From Eubacteriales bacterium (GTDB lineage Bacteria > Bacillota > Clostridia > Lachnospirales > Lachnospiraceae): a DNA stretch of 22,524 nucleotides. The notes below the pieces were generated by a model. The model was not told the DNA's origin. It was given only the letters and a program-made list of their open reading frames with translations, and did no database searches. Below, piece by piece: positions 6,570 through 15,273 of this stretch (position 1 is its first letter; every line of letters starts with the position of its first letter). The translations under genes were made by a program, and so were the position numbers. Location of the stretch: NCBI GenBank assembly GCA_044425555.1, contig JAWXVF010000028.1:1-22524 (forward strand), in the 5' to 3' direction.

Positions 6570-9500
6570 ATGCCAAGCTTCATATCCGAAGACATGATCG
6601 AACAAGCAACCATTCAAAAATTAGTTGAATGTAACCAATACAATTCCATTAATTGCTACACTTCCGATCCTGATACTTTGGAGGATGGAAGTGGTAGGGA
6701 ACATAAAAAGCAAGTGGTGTTACCTACTGTTTTACGTGAGAGTTTAGTACGGTTGAATAAACAGTTACCTATTTCCCTTGTAGAAAAAGTTGCCAAAGAA
6801 TTAGAGAAAACACCCACAACCGCTATGGTAATGGAGGCTAATTACCAATCTTATCAAACCATAAGAAATGGTATTGATGTAGAATATGATGAAAACGGCA
6901 AGAAGAAAAAAGGGAAACTAAAAGTAATTGATTTTACCCATCCAGATCATAATGATTTTACAGTTGTTTCCCAATTATGGATTCGAGGTGAGGTTCATTG
7001 GCGTAGACCAGATTTGATTCTCTATGTAAATGGATTGCCAATGGTATTTATAGAGTTGAAAAACTCTAATATTAAGGTGAAGAATGCCTATGACAAGAAT
7101 CTAATGGATTATAAAAAAGATATCCCTTATTTATTTCAGTATAACCAAGTTTGTGTATTATCCAATGGAACGGAGACGAGGATTGGTAGTTTTGCTGCTG
7201 GGTATGAACACTTTTTTGAGTGGCTGAAAATAGAAGATGAAAAAGAAAATCCCAATCGGAAAGAAATCAAAGACAATGCCATTAGCCTAGAATACTTAAT
7301 AAATGGCTTACTACGAAAAGAAGTATTAATAGATTATATAGAAAATTTTATCTTATACGATAGACAACGAATCAAATTAATTGCCAAGAACCATCAATAT
7401 TTAGGAGTGAATAATGCCTATGAAGCCTTTTTAAAGAGAGAACACCTAGAAGGAAAGTTAGGTGTATTTTGGCATACCCAAGGGAGTGGAAAGAGTTATT
7501 CCATGGTAATGCTTACAAGAAAAATAAAGCATAAAGTAAATGGGAATTTTACTTTTCTAGTAGTGACAGATCGAGTAGATTTAGATGATCAAATATGGAA
7601 AAATTTTTATCGTACAGAATTTATTTCTAAAGATGAAAAAGTTCGCCCTGCAACTGGTGCAAAACTTCGTGAAGAATTAAAGAATCATAAAACCATCTTA
7701 TTTACTACGATTTATAAGTTTAAATACGATAAAGGGAAAGAGTATCCTATTTTATCAGAGCGTGATGATATTGTTGTGATTGTAGATGAAGCACACAGAA
7801 CTCAATATAAGGATTTAGCAGAGAATATGCGAAAAGGATTACCTAATGCACAATTTCTAGCATTTACAGGAACTCCTTTATTAGGAGCAAAGCGATTAAC
7901 CAACGCTTGGTTTGGAGATTATGTTTCAGAATATAATTTTACCCAATCAGTCAATGATCATGTAACAGTTCCATTATATTATATCAATGGTATGAAAGAG
8001 GTACGATTGCAAAATGATTTTCTTGATAGTGATTTGTCAGAAATATTGGAAGATGAAAATCTGTCAGATTCGGAACGAGAAAGACTTGAAAATCAGTATG
8101 CCAAGGAATTAGAAGTGATTAAGCGTGATGATCGATTAAAAACCATAGCAAGACACATTGCATACCATTTTCCACGTAGAGGATTTCTAGGAAAAGGTAT
8201 GGTAATTTCCGTTGATAAATTTACCGTAGTTCGCATGTATGATATGGTAAATAATTACTGGAAGGAAGAAATTAAAAATCTAAATGTGGAGATTACGAAC
8301 ACAGCTGATGAAAATAAGCGTATAGAACTAAAAAGAATGGTAGATTATATGCGAAAAGTACAAATGGCAGTTGTAGTAAGTGGAGAAGAGAAAGAAGAAG
8401 AGAAATTTCAAAAACAAGAACTCACCATAAAAGTACATCGTGATAAAATGAATGCAGTCGATGAAAATGGAATGGATATAGAAGATAATTTTAAAGATGT
8501 CAATCACCCTTTAAGCCTAGTGTTTGTATGTTCTATGTGGTTGACGGGGTTTGACGCACCTTCCATATCTACTTTATATTTGGACAAGCCTATGAAGGGA
8601 CATACTTTGATGCAAACCATTGCTAGAGCTAATCGAGTGTACCCAGAGAAAACAAGTGGCATTGTCATTGGCTATTTAGATGTGTTTAAATCTTTGAAAA
8701 AAGCATTACTAGACTATGCAGCAGGGGATGAGGAAGAGCTACCAGTTAAGAATATTGAGAAATTGTACGAACAGCTTTTAGAAGCTATTGAAATGACGAA
8801 AACCTTTTGTACTACACAAGGCATTGATTTAGCAAGTGTAGAGGAGAAAGAGGATGTGTTTGCCAATTTATCTAAGTTAGAAGAATTTGCCAATATCCTT
8901 GTATCCAATGATGAAGTGAAAAATGAATTTCGAGTTCTTGCTAATACCGTTGGGAATTTATATGAAGCATTACGACCAGATATTTTCAAAATGGATTTTC
9001 GTGCCAATGAAAAAGAAATCATACTATACTTAAAAGGAATCCTTGATGGGAAAATAAGACCTGAAAAGATAGAGGCTGCTAAGTATAAGATAGATGAGTT
9101 GTTAAATCAAAGTATAGTTGCAGAAGAAACGACTACCTATGATGTGGGAAATTCTCAGGAAACTTTACCTGCCATTACCACGTCAGAACCTATTGATTTA
9201 TCGAAAATTGATATAGATGCATTAAAAGAGCAAATGCAGAAAGCAAAATATAAGAATCTAGAAATAGCCAATCTACGTGAGCATATTGAGAAAATTTTGG
9301 CACAGATGATAAAGAAAAATAGAACCCGTACTAGTTTTGCAGAACGATTCCGTCATATTATAGATGAATACAATGCAGGAGGGGCATACAATGATGAGTT
9401 TTATAAAAAGTTATTAGAATTAATGCGAGAATTGCAAGAGGAAGAACGTAGGCATATTAGGGAAGACTTAAGTGAGGAAGAACTGGAATTTTACGATTTG

Positions 9501-9776
9501 TTACAAAAAGATAAATTAACGAAGGAAGAATTAAAGCGTGTAAAACTTGCTGCTAGTACACTCTACCAAACGTTGCTTGCGAAAAAAGAAGAATTATTCG
9601 TAGTAGGGTGGGAAAAAGACGAACAGCCAAAAGAAAAAGTAAGAAAAGAAATTATGGCAATCTTAAATGAATATCTTCCGGATAGTTACAACCGTGAAAT
9701 TTTTGCTAATAAATCGGATGTAGTCTTCTATCATATTGTGGACCAAGCGTTGATGGGATTGAATTGGATTGCTTAG
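6570..9776 (+). CDS. hsdR: Type I R-M restriction subunit R (nuclease plus SF2 helicase/translocase)
   Basis: AGGAGGG RBS. PD-(D/E)xK-type motif PDLILYVNGLPMVFIELK, Walker A HTQGSGKS, DEAH-type VVIVDEAHRTQ, motif VI QTIARANR, and a long helical C-terminal domain. Confidence 0.95.
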   Translation: MPSFISEDMIEQATIQKLVECNQYNSINCYTSDPDTLEDGSGREHKKQVVLPTVLRESLVRLNKQLPISLVEKVAKELEKTPTTAMVMEANYQSYQTIRNGIDVEYDENGKKKKGKLKVIDFTHPDHNDFTVVSQLWIRGEVHWRRPDLILYVNGLPMVFIELKNSNIKVKNAYDKNLMDYKKDIPYLFQYNQVCVLSNGTETRIGSFAAGYEHFFEWLKIEDEKENPNRKEIKDNAISLEYLINGLLRKEVLIDYIENFILYDRQRIKLIAKNHQYLGVNNAYEAFLKREHLEGKLGVFWHTQGSGKSYSMVMLTRKIKHKVNGNFTFLVVTDRVDLDDQIWKNFYRTEFISKDEKVRPATGAKLREELKNHKTILFTTIYKFKYDKGKEYPILSERDDIVVIVDEAHRTQYKDLAENMRKGLPNAQFLAFTGTPLLGAKRLTNAWFGDYVSEYNFTQSVNDHVTVPLYYINGMKEVRLQNDFLDSDLSEILEDENLSDSERERLENQYAKELEVIKRDDRLKTIARHIAYHFPRRGFLGKGMVISVDKFTVVRMYDMVNNYWKEEIKNLNVEITNTADENKRIELKRMVDYMRKVQMAVVVSGEEKEEEKFQKQELTIKVHRDKMNAVDENGMDIEDNFKDVNHPLSLVFVCSMWLTGFDAPSISTLYLDKPMKGHTLMQTIARANRVYPEKTSGIVIGYLDVFKSLKKALLDYAAGDEEELPVKNIEKLYEQLLEAIEMTKTFCTTQGIDLASVEEKEDVFANLSKLEEFANILVSNDEVKNEFRVLANTVGNLYEALRPDIFKMDFRANEKEIILYLKGILDGKIRPEKIEAAKYKIDELLNQSIVAEETTTYDVGNSQETLPAITTSEPIDLSKIDIDALKEQMQKAKYKNLEIANLREHIEKILAQMIKKNRTRTSFAERFRHIIDEYNAGGAYNDEFYKKLLELMRELQEEERRHIREDLSEEELEFYDLLQKDKLTKEELKRVKLAASTLYQTLLAKKEELFVVGWEKDEQPKEKVRKEIMAILNEYLPDSYNREIFANKSDVVFYHIVDQALMGLNWIA

Positions 9777-9781
9777 AGTAA

Positions 9782-10570
9782 ATGCATGAAAATAAGAGGG
9801 AGGTAATTATGATTGAGAAGACACAAAATGTATTAATATCAACCTTATTAGGTAAGGAACTAATTTTTGAAATTGATAATGATGATTTAAAACCAAAAAC
9901 AATTGAATTGTTCAAGAGGTTTATTTCTCATATTCCGATTGTAGAAATTCAAAATGAAACCTTTTATAGAGCCAGAGTCATTGCTGATGAGGACGGTATG
10001 GAACAAGGAATTGTGAGAGAAAATGGAATTCCAATTACTGGATATAATACAATATATTCAGGTGTTCCGCCAAAAGAAGTGATAAAGCATGAAGGTAGAG
10101 TAAATCGAATAAATGAACAGGTATTATATATTGCAGAAGATCAAGAAACAGCAATTCGTGAACTAAAAGATGAGAAATCTAAATATTTTTCTGTTGCAGA
10201 ATATTTTGTAAAAGAGCCAATTAAGGTGTTTGATTGTTCTGCATTTACGAAAGAACAACTAGAGGAGACATTGTCACCAAGTATTAGAGATGAGTTTGAA
10301 AATAAATATCAGATGTCATTGACAATATTGTATATAAAGCTACAAGAACATTTAACGTTTGGACCATCAAAAAAAGATGGCGAAAAGGAGTATAAATTTT
10401 CCTTAAAAATGATTGATTTCATGAAGGAATATCATAATATATCAGGAGTTAAATATGTTTCGTCGTACACATATAAATCTAATGTAGCAATTTGGGATGA
10501 TAATAAATTTTTGAAATGTGTAAATAGTATGGTTGAACGAAAGAAGGGGAAGCATAACAAAGACAATTAA
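9782..10570 (+). CDS. RES-domain protein (NAD+-targeting toxin superfamily) with no adjacent Xre-type antitoxin
   Basis: The R/E/S signature is in the canonical order: FYRAR..., EGRVNRINEQVLYIAEDQETAIRE, and GVKYVSSYTYKSNVAIWD. The probable true start is ATG 9809, 5 nt after AGAGGGAGG. Confidence 0.75.
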   Translation: MHENKREVIMIEKTQNVLISTLLGKELIFEIDNDDLKPKTIELFKRFISHIPIVEIQNETFYRARVIADEDGMEQGIVRENGIPITGYNTIYSGVPPKEVIKHEGRVNRINEQVLYIAEDQETAIRELKDEKSKYFSVAEYFVKEPIKVFDCSAFTKEQLEETLSPSIRDEFENKYQMSLTILYIKLQEHLTFGPSKKDGEKEYKFSLKMIDFMKEYHNISGVKYVSSYTYKSNVAIWDDNKFLKCVNSMVERKKGKHNKDN

Positions 10571-10613
10571 GGATTAACTCTAAATATAGCATGTAGAAAC
10601 AAAAGGAGTTCAT

Positions 10614-11816
10614 ATGAAATTAAGAAAAATTAACTTTAAAAACCACCCCATTTTAAAAGATTTACAAGTAAGTTTGGAAGATGAAAAAGGGGAAATAGTA
10701 AATACAGTTATATTTATTGGGGATAATGGAAGTGGAAAAACAAGTATTCTTAGAGGAATTTTGGAGAACTTTCAATCTTCTAAGGTTGAAAAATTCCTAA
10801 AAGGAACAGATTTGGATAGTTTAGAGCTTTCTTTTGGAAAAGAACTACTCAAAACAATACCAGATAATGCATTGTCAGAATATTCTGTGATATATTGGGG
10901 AATAAAAAATTCTGTTTTTGCTATTGACGAATCTGATCAGGATGCAACAAGTATAGGAAAGATTGTATTCATGCCAACGGAAATTAATTTTTCTATGGCA
11001 ACTGCAATAGATACAAGAAAAGAAATTCCAGATCAATTTATTAATATTATTGATCAAAAGATTGCAAATGATATATCTTCTTTTGTTGCTACAGCAATTG
11101 AAACAGAAGTATTTAAAAATGAAGATGTGGCAGTAAAAGAAAGTATGAAAAAAGTTTGTGATGAAATCAATTCTATTTTTCAATGTATGGATTTAGAGAT
11201 TGAACTTGTAGGATTATCTAAAGATGAGAAGAAGCAACCTATTTTCAAGAATCACAATAATGATACGTTTGCAATTGAGGATTTATCATCAGGAGAAAAG
11301 CAACTATTCATACGTGCGTTATCTTTAAAGTTTTTAAACATTAATGATTCTATTATTCTTATTGATGAACCTGAAATTTCGCTACACCCACAATGGCAAC
11401 GAAAGATTATCAGCGTATATGAAAGTATTGGTAGGAACAATCAATTAATTATTGCAACTCATTCGCCCCATGTCATAGGAAATATTAGAAAAGAGCAATT
11501 ACGAGTTTTACATCGAGATCATAATGGTATTCAGATAGTGCCAACGGAGGAAGTAGAACGAACATATGGACAGACTATAGAATCCATATTAACTCACAAT
11601 ATGGGACTTGAAAGTGTACGAAATGAAGAATTACAATTTAAAATAGAACAAATTCAAAAATTATTACGAAATGAGAACGCCTTAGAAAATAAGGAATTTC
11701 AAGAATTATTAATAGATATTTCAGAACACCTAGATGATTCCGATGTAGAGATGGCACTTATCAATGCACAAATAAAACGGATGAAAATGAGGGGTACTAG
11801 AAATGTTGAACAATAA
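10614..11816 (+). CDS. ptuA: ABC/SMC-like AAA ATPase, Septu PtuA-like
   Basis: Walker A GDNGSGKTS, signature LSSGEKQ, Walker B IILIDEPEISLHPQWQ, H-loop IIATHSPH. An HNH partner gene overlaps downstream. Confidence 0.75.
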   Translation: MKLRKINFKNHPILKDLQVSLEDEKGEIVNTVIFIGDNGSGKTSILRGILENFQSSKVEKFLKGTDLDSLELSFGKELLKTIPDNALSEYSVIYWGIKNSVFAIDESDQDATSIGKIVFMPTEINFSMATAIDTRKEIPDQFINIIDQKIANDISSFVATAIETEVFKNEDVAVKESMKKVCDEINSIFQCMDLEIELVGLSKDEKKQPIFKNHNNDTFAIEDLSSGEKQLFIRALSLKFLNINDSIILIDEPEISLHPQWQRKIISVYESIGRNNQLIIATHSPHVIGNIRKEQLRVLHRDHNGIQIVPTEEVERTYGQTIESILTHNMGLESVRNEELQFKIEQIQKLLRNENALENKEFQELLIDISEHLDDSDVEMALINAQIKRMKMRGTRNVEQ

Positions 11817-12375
11817 GAAAGCAAATGAGCCATGCGAGTATACGGATTTGGCAAAGAAAGTATCTAATTATCAGGAGTTTGATACTCATATAAAAGAGAT
11901 ATTGAGAGATAATTTCATTTGTGAGCAAGATTCTTACTGTCCATATTGTGAGCGAATTATTGAGAATAATGTTAACAGTTGTCATATTGAACATATAAAG
12001 CCACAATCTGCTTATCCTAATCAGAGCAAAGAGTATACCAATATGATTTTATCTTGTAATAATAAAAATACATGTGGGATACGAAAAGGGAATCAATACC
12101 ATGAGGATTTTATAAATCCTACGATAGAAAATCCAACATTTTATTTAAAATACGATTTAGCGTCAGGTGAAGTTTATTCCGTTGATGATAATCCTAAGGG
12201 AGAGTACACCATTAAAGTTTTGAACTTAAATGACAAAAAACTGAAACAAATGAGAAGGAATAAAATTTTTACTTATATAAATTTAGATAGTTCCATGCAA
12301 TTAAAACTTATAAATTGGGAACTAGAGAATTTGTATGGGAGTAACTTGATTTTCCGCAAATGCATTTGGAATTAA
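11803..12375 (+). CDS. ptuB: HNH endonuclease, Septu PtuB-like / TIGR02646-like (retron-type HNH)
   Basis: It overlaps the ATPase gene by 14 nt. The Cys/His motifs are CPYCERI...SCHIEHIKPQS...NMILSCNNKNTCGIRKGN. Confidence 0.75.
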   Translation: MLNNKKANEPCEYTDLAKKVSNYQEFDTHIKEILRDNFICEQDSYCPYCERIIENNVNSCHIEHIKPQSAYPNQSKEYTNMILSCNNKNTCGIRKGNQYHEDFINPTIENPTFYLKYDLASGEVYSVDDNPKGEYTIKVLNLNDKKLKQMRRNKIFTYINLDSSMQLKLINWELENLYGSNLIFRKCIWN

Positions 12376-12449
12376 AGGAAAGTTTAGAATTATGATATAA
12401 AAATCTTAGAAGTGAAAAAGTGAGAATTGATATGAAGTATGTAGTATTA

Positions 12450-13604
12450 TTACCCATCCCAAGTCCTTCCTTCCATCCAATCCCTAAATTCCTCCGCTGT
12501 CATACAACCATTAACATAGTCACGTCTAACCTGTTGGAGTTGTTTAGACCAGTTTAGAAAGCTATCACGTATATGGTTAGCAACATCTAAATCATATTCA
12601 TTGTCTACATGACGTTCCATACGTGCATGAGTTGATTTATAGAGTTTGCTATACATTTTTAGTAAAGGATCTTTCTCCACATTTTCTTTATATTTTTGCT
12701 TATTACCGATTTCTTTGCAAGATTTTCCGTTTGTATCTACTCTGTCACAATATAAAGTATCGTGTTTAGAGAGAAGGACAAAATAGCGATTACAGTTTTG
12801 ACATTTACGAATGCGTAGACCACGTTTAATGACTTCGATAAATTCAAAATATAATAATTCTTCAAAGTCTTTGAGTAGTACATACTCAGTAATATTAGCA
12901 CTAGTAGTATTTAGATTATGTATTTCTGTGAGAATGTCCATATGCCGTTGTAAATTACTACTTGCATTGGTACCAATTAATTCTTGCTGTTCAAAGTCTA
13001 ATTTCCCATTTTTCGTGGGAGCTACACTTACTCCGGTTAGAAAGTGAAAATTAGAAAAATCAGGGTATAGACCAAGAAAGGATAGAAAACCTGCTGTAAT
13101 AGATGATAATGGTTTATCAAAATCAATATCGCAACAAAAAGTAATACCCTTTTCAAAGAGTTCCAGTAGTACCAGTACCTCATCTAAAGTAGCAACACCT
13201 AATTGTAACTTTTCAGGATAGGGATTCTGGCTTTGAAAGATTACATTTAATTTTTCACGAGTATAAAAATGTGCAATAGGAAAGCTTTGATATAATATGG
13301 TGACTATTTCATATAAATATTGTTCTGAAATTTTAGAAACAATGGTAATATCGTTATCATTCATATGCTTTGTATCCGTATGCATAGTGGAGATGGTCTC
13401 TTTTGCTTGGTCAACTTTACATTTATATTCGCTTAAATCAGCTAGAAGAAATTCTACCAATAATTTTCCAATATAATCGCAATCAAACATTGCTGCGCCT
13501 GCATCTGCATATACCATATATCTAACCCTATTATGAATGTCTGTATAAGCTTTCATATAGGGTTTCTTTATGTTTGAAAACATAGTGATTATCCTCTCTT
13601 TCAC
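12450..13604 (-). CDS. Hypothetical protein with a C-terminal zinc ribbon (possibly DUF6076-like); a backbone gene divergent from rep
   Basis: 384-aa ORF. The Cys cluster is CQNCNRYF...YCDRVDTNGKSCKE. The likely real start is ATG at 13583, about 8 nt downstream of AGAGAGGA on the minus strand; the track start is GTG 13604. Confidence 0.65.
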   Translation of the reverse strand: MKERIITMFSNIKKPYMKAYTDIHNRVRYMVYADAGAAMFDCDYIGKLLVEFLLADLSEYKCKVDQAKETISTMHTDTKHMNDNDITIVSKISEQYLYEIVTILYQSFPIAHFYTREKLNVIFQSQNPYPEKLQLGVATLDEVLVLLELFEKGITFCCDIDFDKPLSSITAGFLSFLGLYPDFSNFHFLTGVSVAPTKNGKLDFEQQELIGTNASSNLQRHMDILTEIHNLNTTSANITEYVLLKDFEELLYFEFIEVIKRGLRIRKCQNCNRYFVLLSKHDTLYCDRVDTNGKSCKEIGNKQKYKENVEKDPLLKMYSKLYKSTHARMERHVDNEYDLDVANHIRDSFLNWSKQLQQVRRDYVNGCMTAEEFRDWMEGRTWDG

Positions 13605-13824
13605 AATCTAGTAATTTAACCTATAAAAATTTCTTTTGTTACACCTTATTTTTTTAATCTTCCTTTTTTTGTATGATAACACAATGTATATGGTATATTT
13701 TGTCAAAACCTGTCATGGATAATTACTTTTTACAAATTTATGGAAAATTAGTCCTTCATTTTTAATGTATTACATTTGCGATAAACTAAGCAAGTCAACA
13801 AAATAAGAAAGAAAGGGGGAACTT

Positions 13825-14814
13825 ATGGAACACACAAACTATGTATTTTATCGTTTGCCAAAGGTATTGTTTACCAATGAGAAATTACACCAATTATCAA
13901 TTGAGGCAAAATTATTGTATACAGTTATGCTAGATCGTCTTTCTTTATCCATAATCAATCAGTGGAAAGATAAGGAAGGAGAAGTATACATTTATTTTAC
14001 TATTGAACATGGGTGTGAACTTTTAGGTAAGAGTTATTCGAAAATATCCAAAGTAATGGCAGAATTAGAAGCACTCAAGTTGATTGTTCGTAAACGCCAA
14101 GGGCAGGGGAAACCATCTAGGATTTATGTGAAAACAGATATGTTACAGACACCTATCATAGAAGCAGAACCTACAAATATAGCGGACAAGATAGGAGATA
14201 TACAAGTATCAAGAGATAGTTCTTTCACGGTTCAAGACCTATTAGAAACAGATACGAATAAGACTAATAGGAATCAAAATAATACCAATAAGATAGAGTC
14301 AATCCATCTATCCTATGAGAATGGGATAGAAGAAGACACTTGTTTAGAAGATGTTATTTTCAAAGAATTGTTAGAGGAACAAACACTACCTAGAGAATAT
14401 CTTTACCAAGAGGAGAAATTAAGGATTGCCTTTCAGATTTTAACGGAACATGAAATATTTGTTAGGAATAGTAAAAAGAATTATGATTCCCAACAAGATT
14501 TAAGTATTTTGAATTTATTGATACAAGCATTATGTGAAATGCTAACCGAGAAAAAGCCTATGCAGATAAAGGGCTATTTAGTTACGGTTAGTCAAGTCTA
14601 CAAAAAATTAATAACCTATCTTAGCTTTGAACATCATCATCCATCTATGTATACATTTTATACAACTGTGATGGATGACTACAAAACAGGCGCTATTCAT
14701 AGTGAAATAAAACATCATCTTGGCTATATGAAAGCATGTATCTGGAATGTTTTGCTAGTAGGAGACATTAGCCTTCAAACGAAATTGTTAAATCACTTTG
14801 GAGGGCAAATGTAA
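13825..14814 (+). CDS. Replication initiator protein, RepA_N family
   Basis: The N-terminus YVFYRLPKVLF...LSIEAKLLYTVMLDRLSLS...VRKRQGQGKPSRIYV is the typical RepA_N signature. RBS AAAGGGGGA. Confidence 0.85.
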   Translation: MEHTNYVFYRLPKVLFTNEKLHQLSIEAKLLYTVMLDRLSLSIINQWKDKEGEVYIYFTIEHGCELLGKSYSKISKVMAELEALKLIVRKRQGQGKPSRIYVKTDMLQTPIIEAEPTNIADKIGDIQVSRDSSFTVQDLLETDTNKTNRNQNNTNKIESIHLSYENGIEEDTCLEDVIFKELLEEQTLPREYLYQEEKLRIAFQILTEHEIFVRNSKKNYDSQQDLSILNLLIQALCEMLTEKKPMQIKGYLVTVSQVYKKLITYLSFEHHHPSMYTFYTTVMDDYKTGAIHSEIKHHLGYMKACIWNVLLVGDISLQTKLLNHFGGQM

Positions 14815-14820
14815 AGGCAA

Positions 14821-14920
14821 CACACCCAAAGGGTGTGGCAAGCATCCTATCTGTAAGACGCTAACGCATCTTAATCATAAGATTTACAATCTTATGATGG
14901 ATAGGTTCCTGCTAACGCAG
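14821..14920 (+). promoter_or_regulatory. Candidate origin of transfer (oriT) upstream of mobC and the relaxase gene
   Basis: Hairpin CACACCC-AAA-GGGTGTG (14821-14837). An 11-bp perfect inverted repeat, ATCATAAGATT-tac-AATCTTATGAT (14874-14898), is flanked by CCTATC (14846-14851) and GATAGG (14900-14905). The 9-bp direct repeat GCTAACGCA occurs at 14860-14868 and 14911-14919. Confidence 0.5.
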
Positions 14921-14937
14921 ATAAAAAAATAAAAGAA

Positions 14938-15273
14938 ATGGAGAAGTGGAAAATGAATAAAACAAATAGTATTACCTTTCGTGTATCAGACCATGATAAA
15001 AAATCAATTGTAGCAAGAGCGAAAAAAGGGAAGATGAAAACTTCTGATTTCTGTCGTTATGCTGTATTAGGAAAGGAAGTACGACACATTGAAGGGCTAA
15101 AGGAATTGATATTTGAATTAAATAAGATTGGAAATAATCTAAACCAATTAACGGTATTATGTCACCAAAGACGAGTGGATAATCCTAATTTAGAAGAAAT
15201 AACTTACCAATTAAATAGCGTATTTGATGTAATCGTAATGGTACTAGGAGGTGATGACTATAGCAATTGTTAA
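14938..15273 (+). CDS. mobC: Relaxosome accessory protein MobC
   Basis: The ELNKIGNNLNQLTVL motif is typical of the MobC family, with a ribbon-helix-helix-like N-terminus (ITFRVSDHDKKSI). The likely start is ATG 14953, after GGAGAAGTGG. Confidence 0.85.
   Translation: MEKWKMNKTNSITFRVSDHDKKSIVARAKKGKMKTSDFCRYAVLGKEVRHIEGLKELIFELNKIGNNLNQLTVLCHQRRVDNPNLEEITYQLNSVFDVIVMVLGGDDYSNC

Noticed and set aside
3704-12006. Track ORFs 3704-3886(-), 8714-9022(-), 9706-9915(-), 10875-11183(-), 11252-11440(-), 11797-12006(-)
   Set aside because: All are embedded antisense within hsdM, hsdR, RES, ptuA or ptuB. They have no motifs and no translation signals.
10571-12449. Retron (RT plus msr/msd ncRNA) associated with the PtuAB-like pair
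   Set aside because: There is no reverse-transcriptase ORF anywhere in the window. I also found no long inverted repeats characteristic of msr/msd in the short flanking spacers (10571-10613, 12376-12449).
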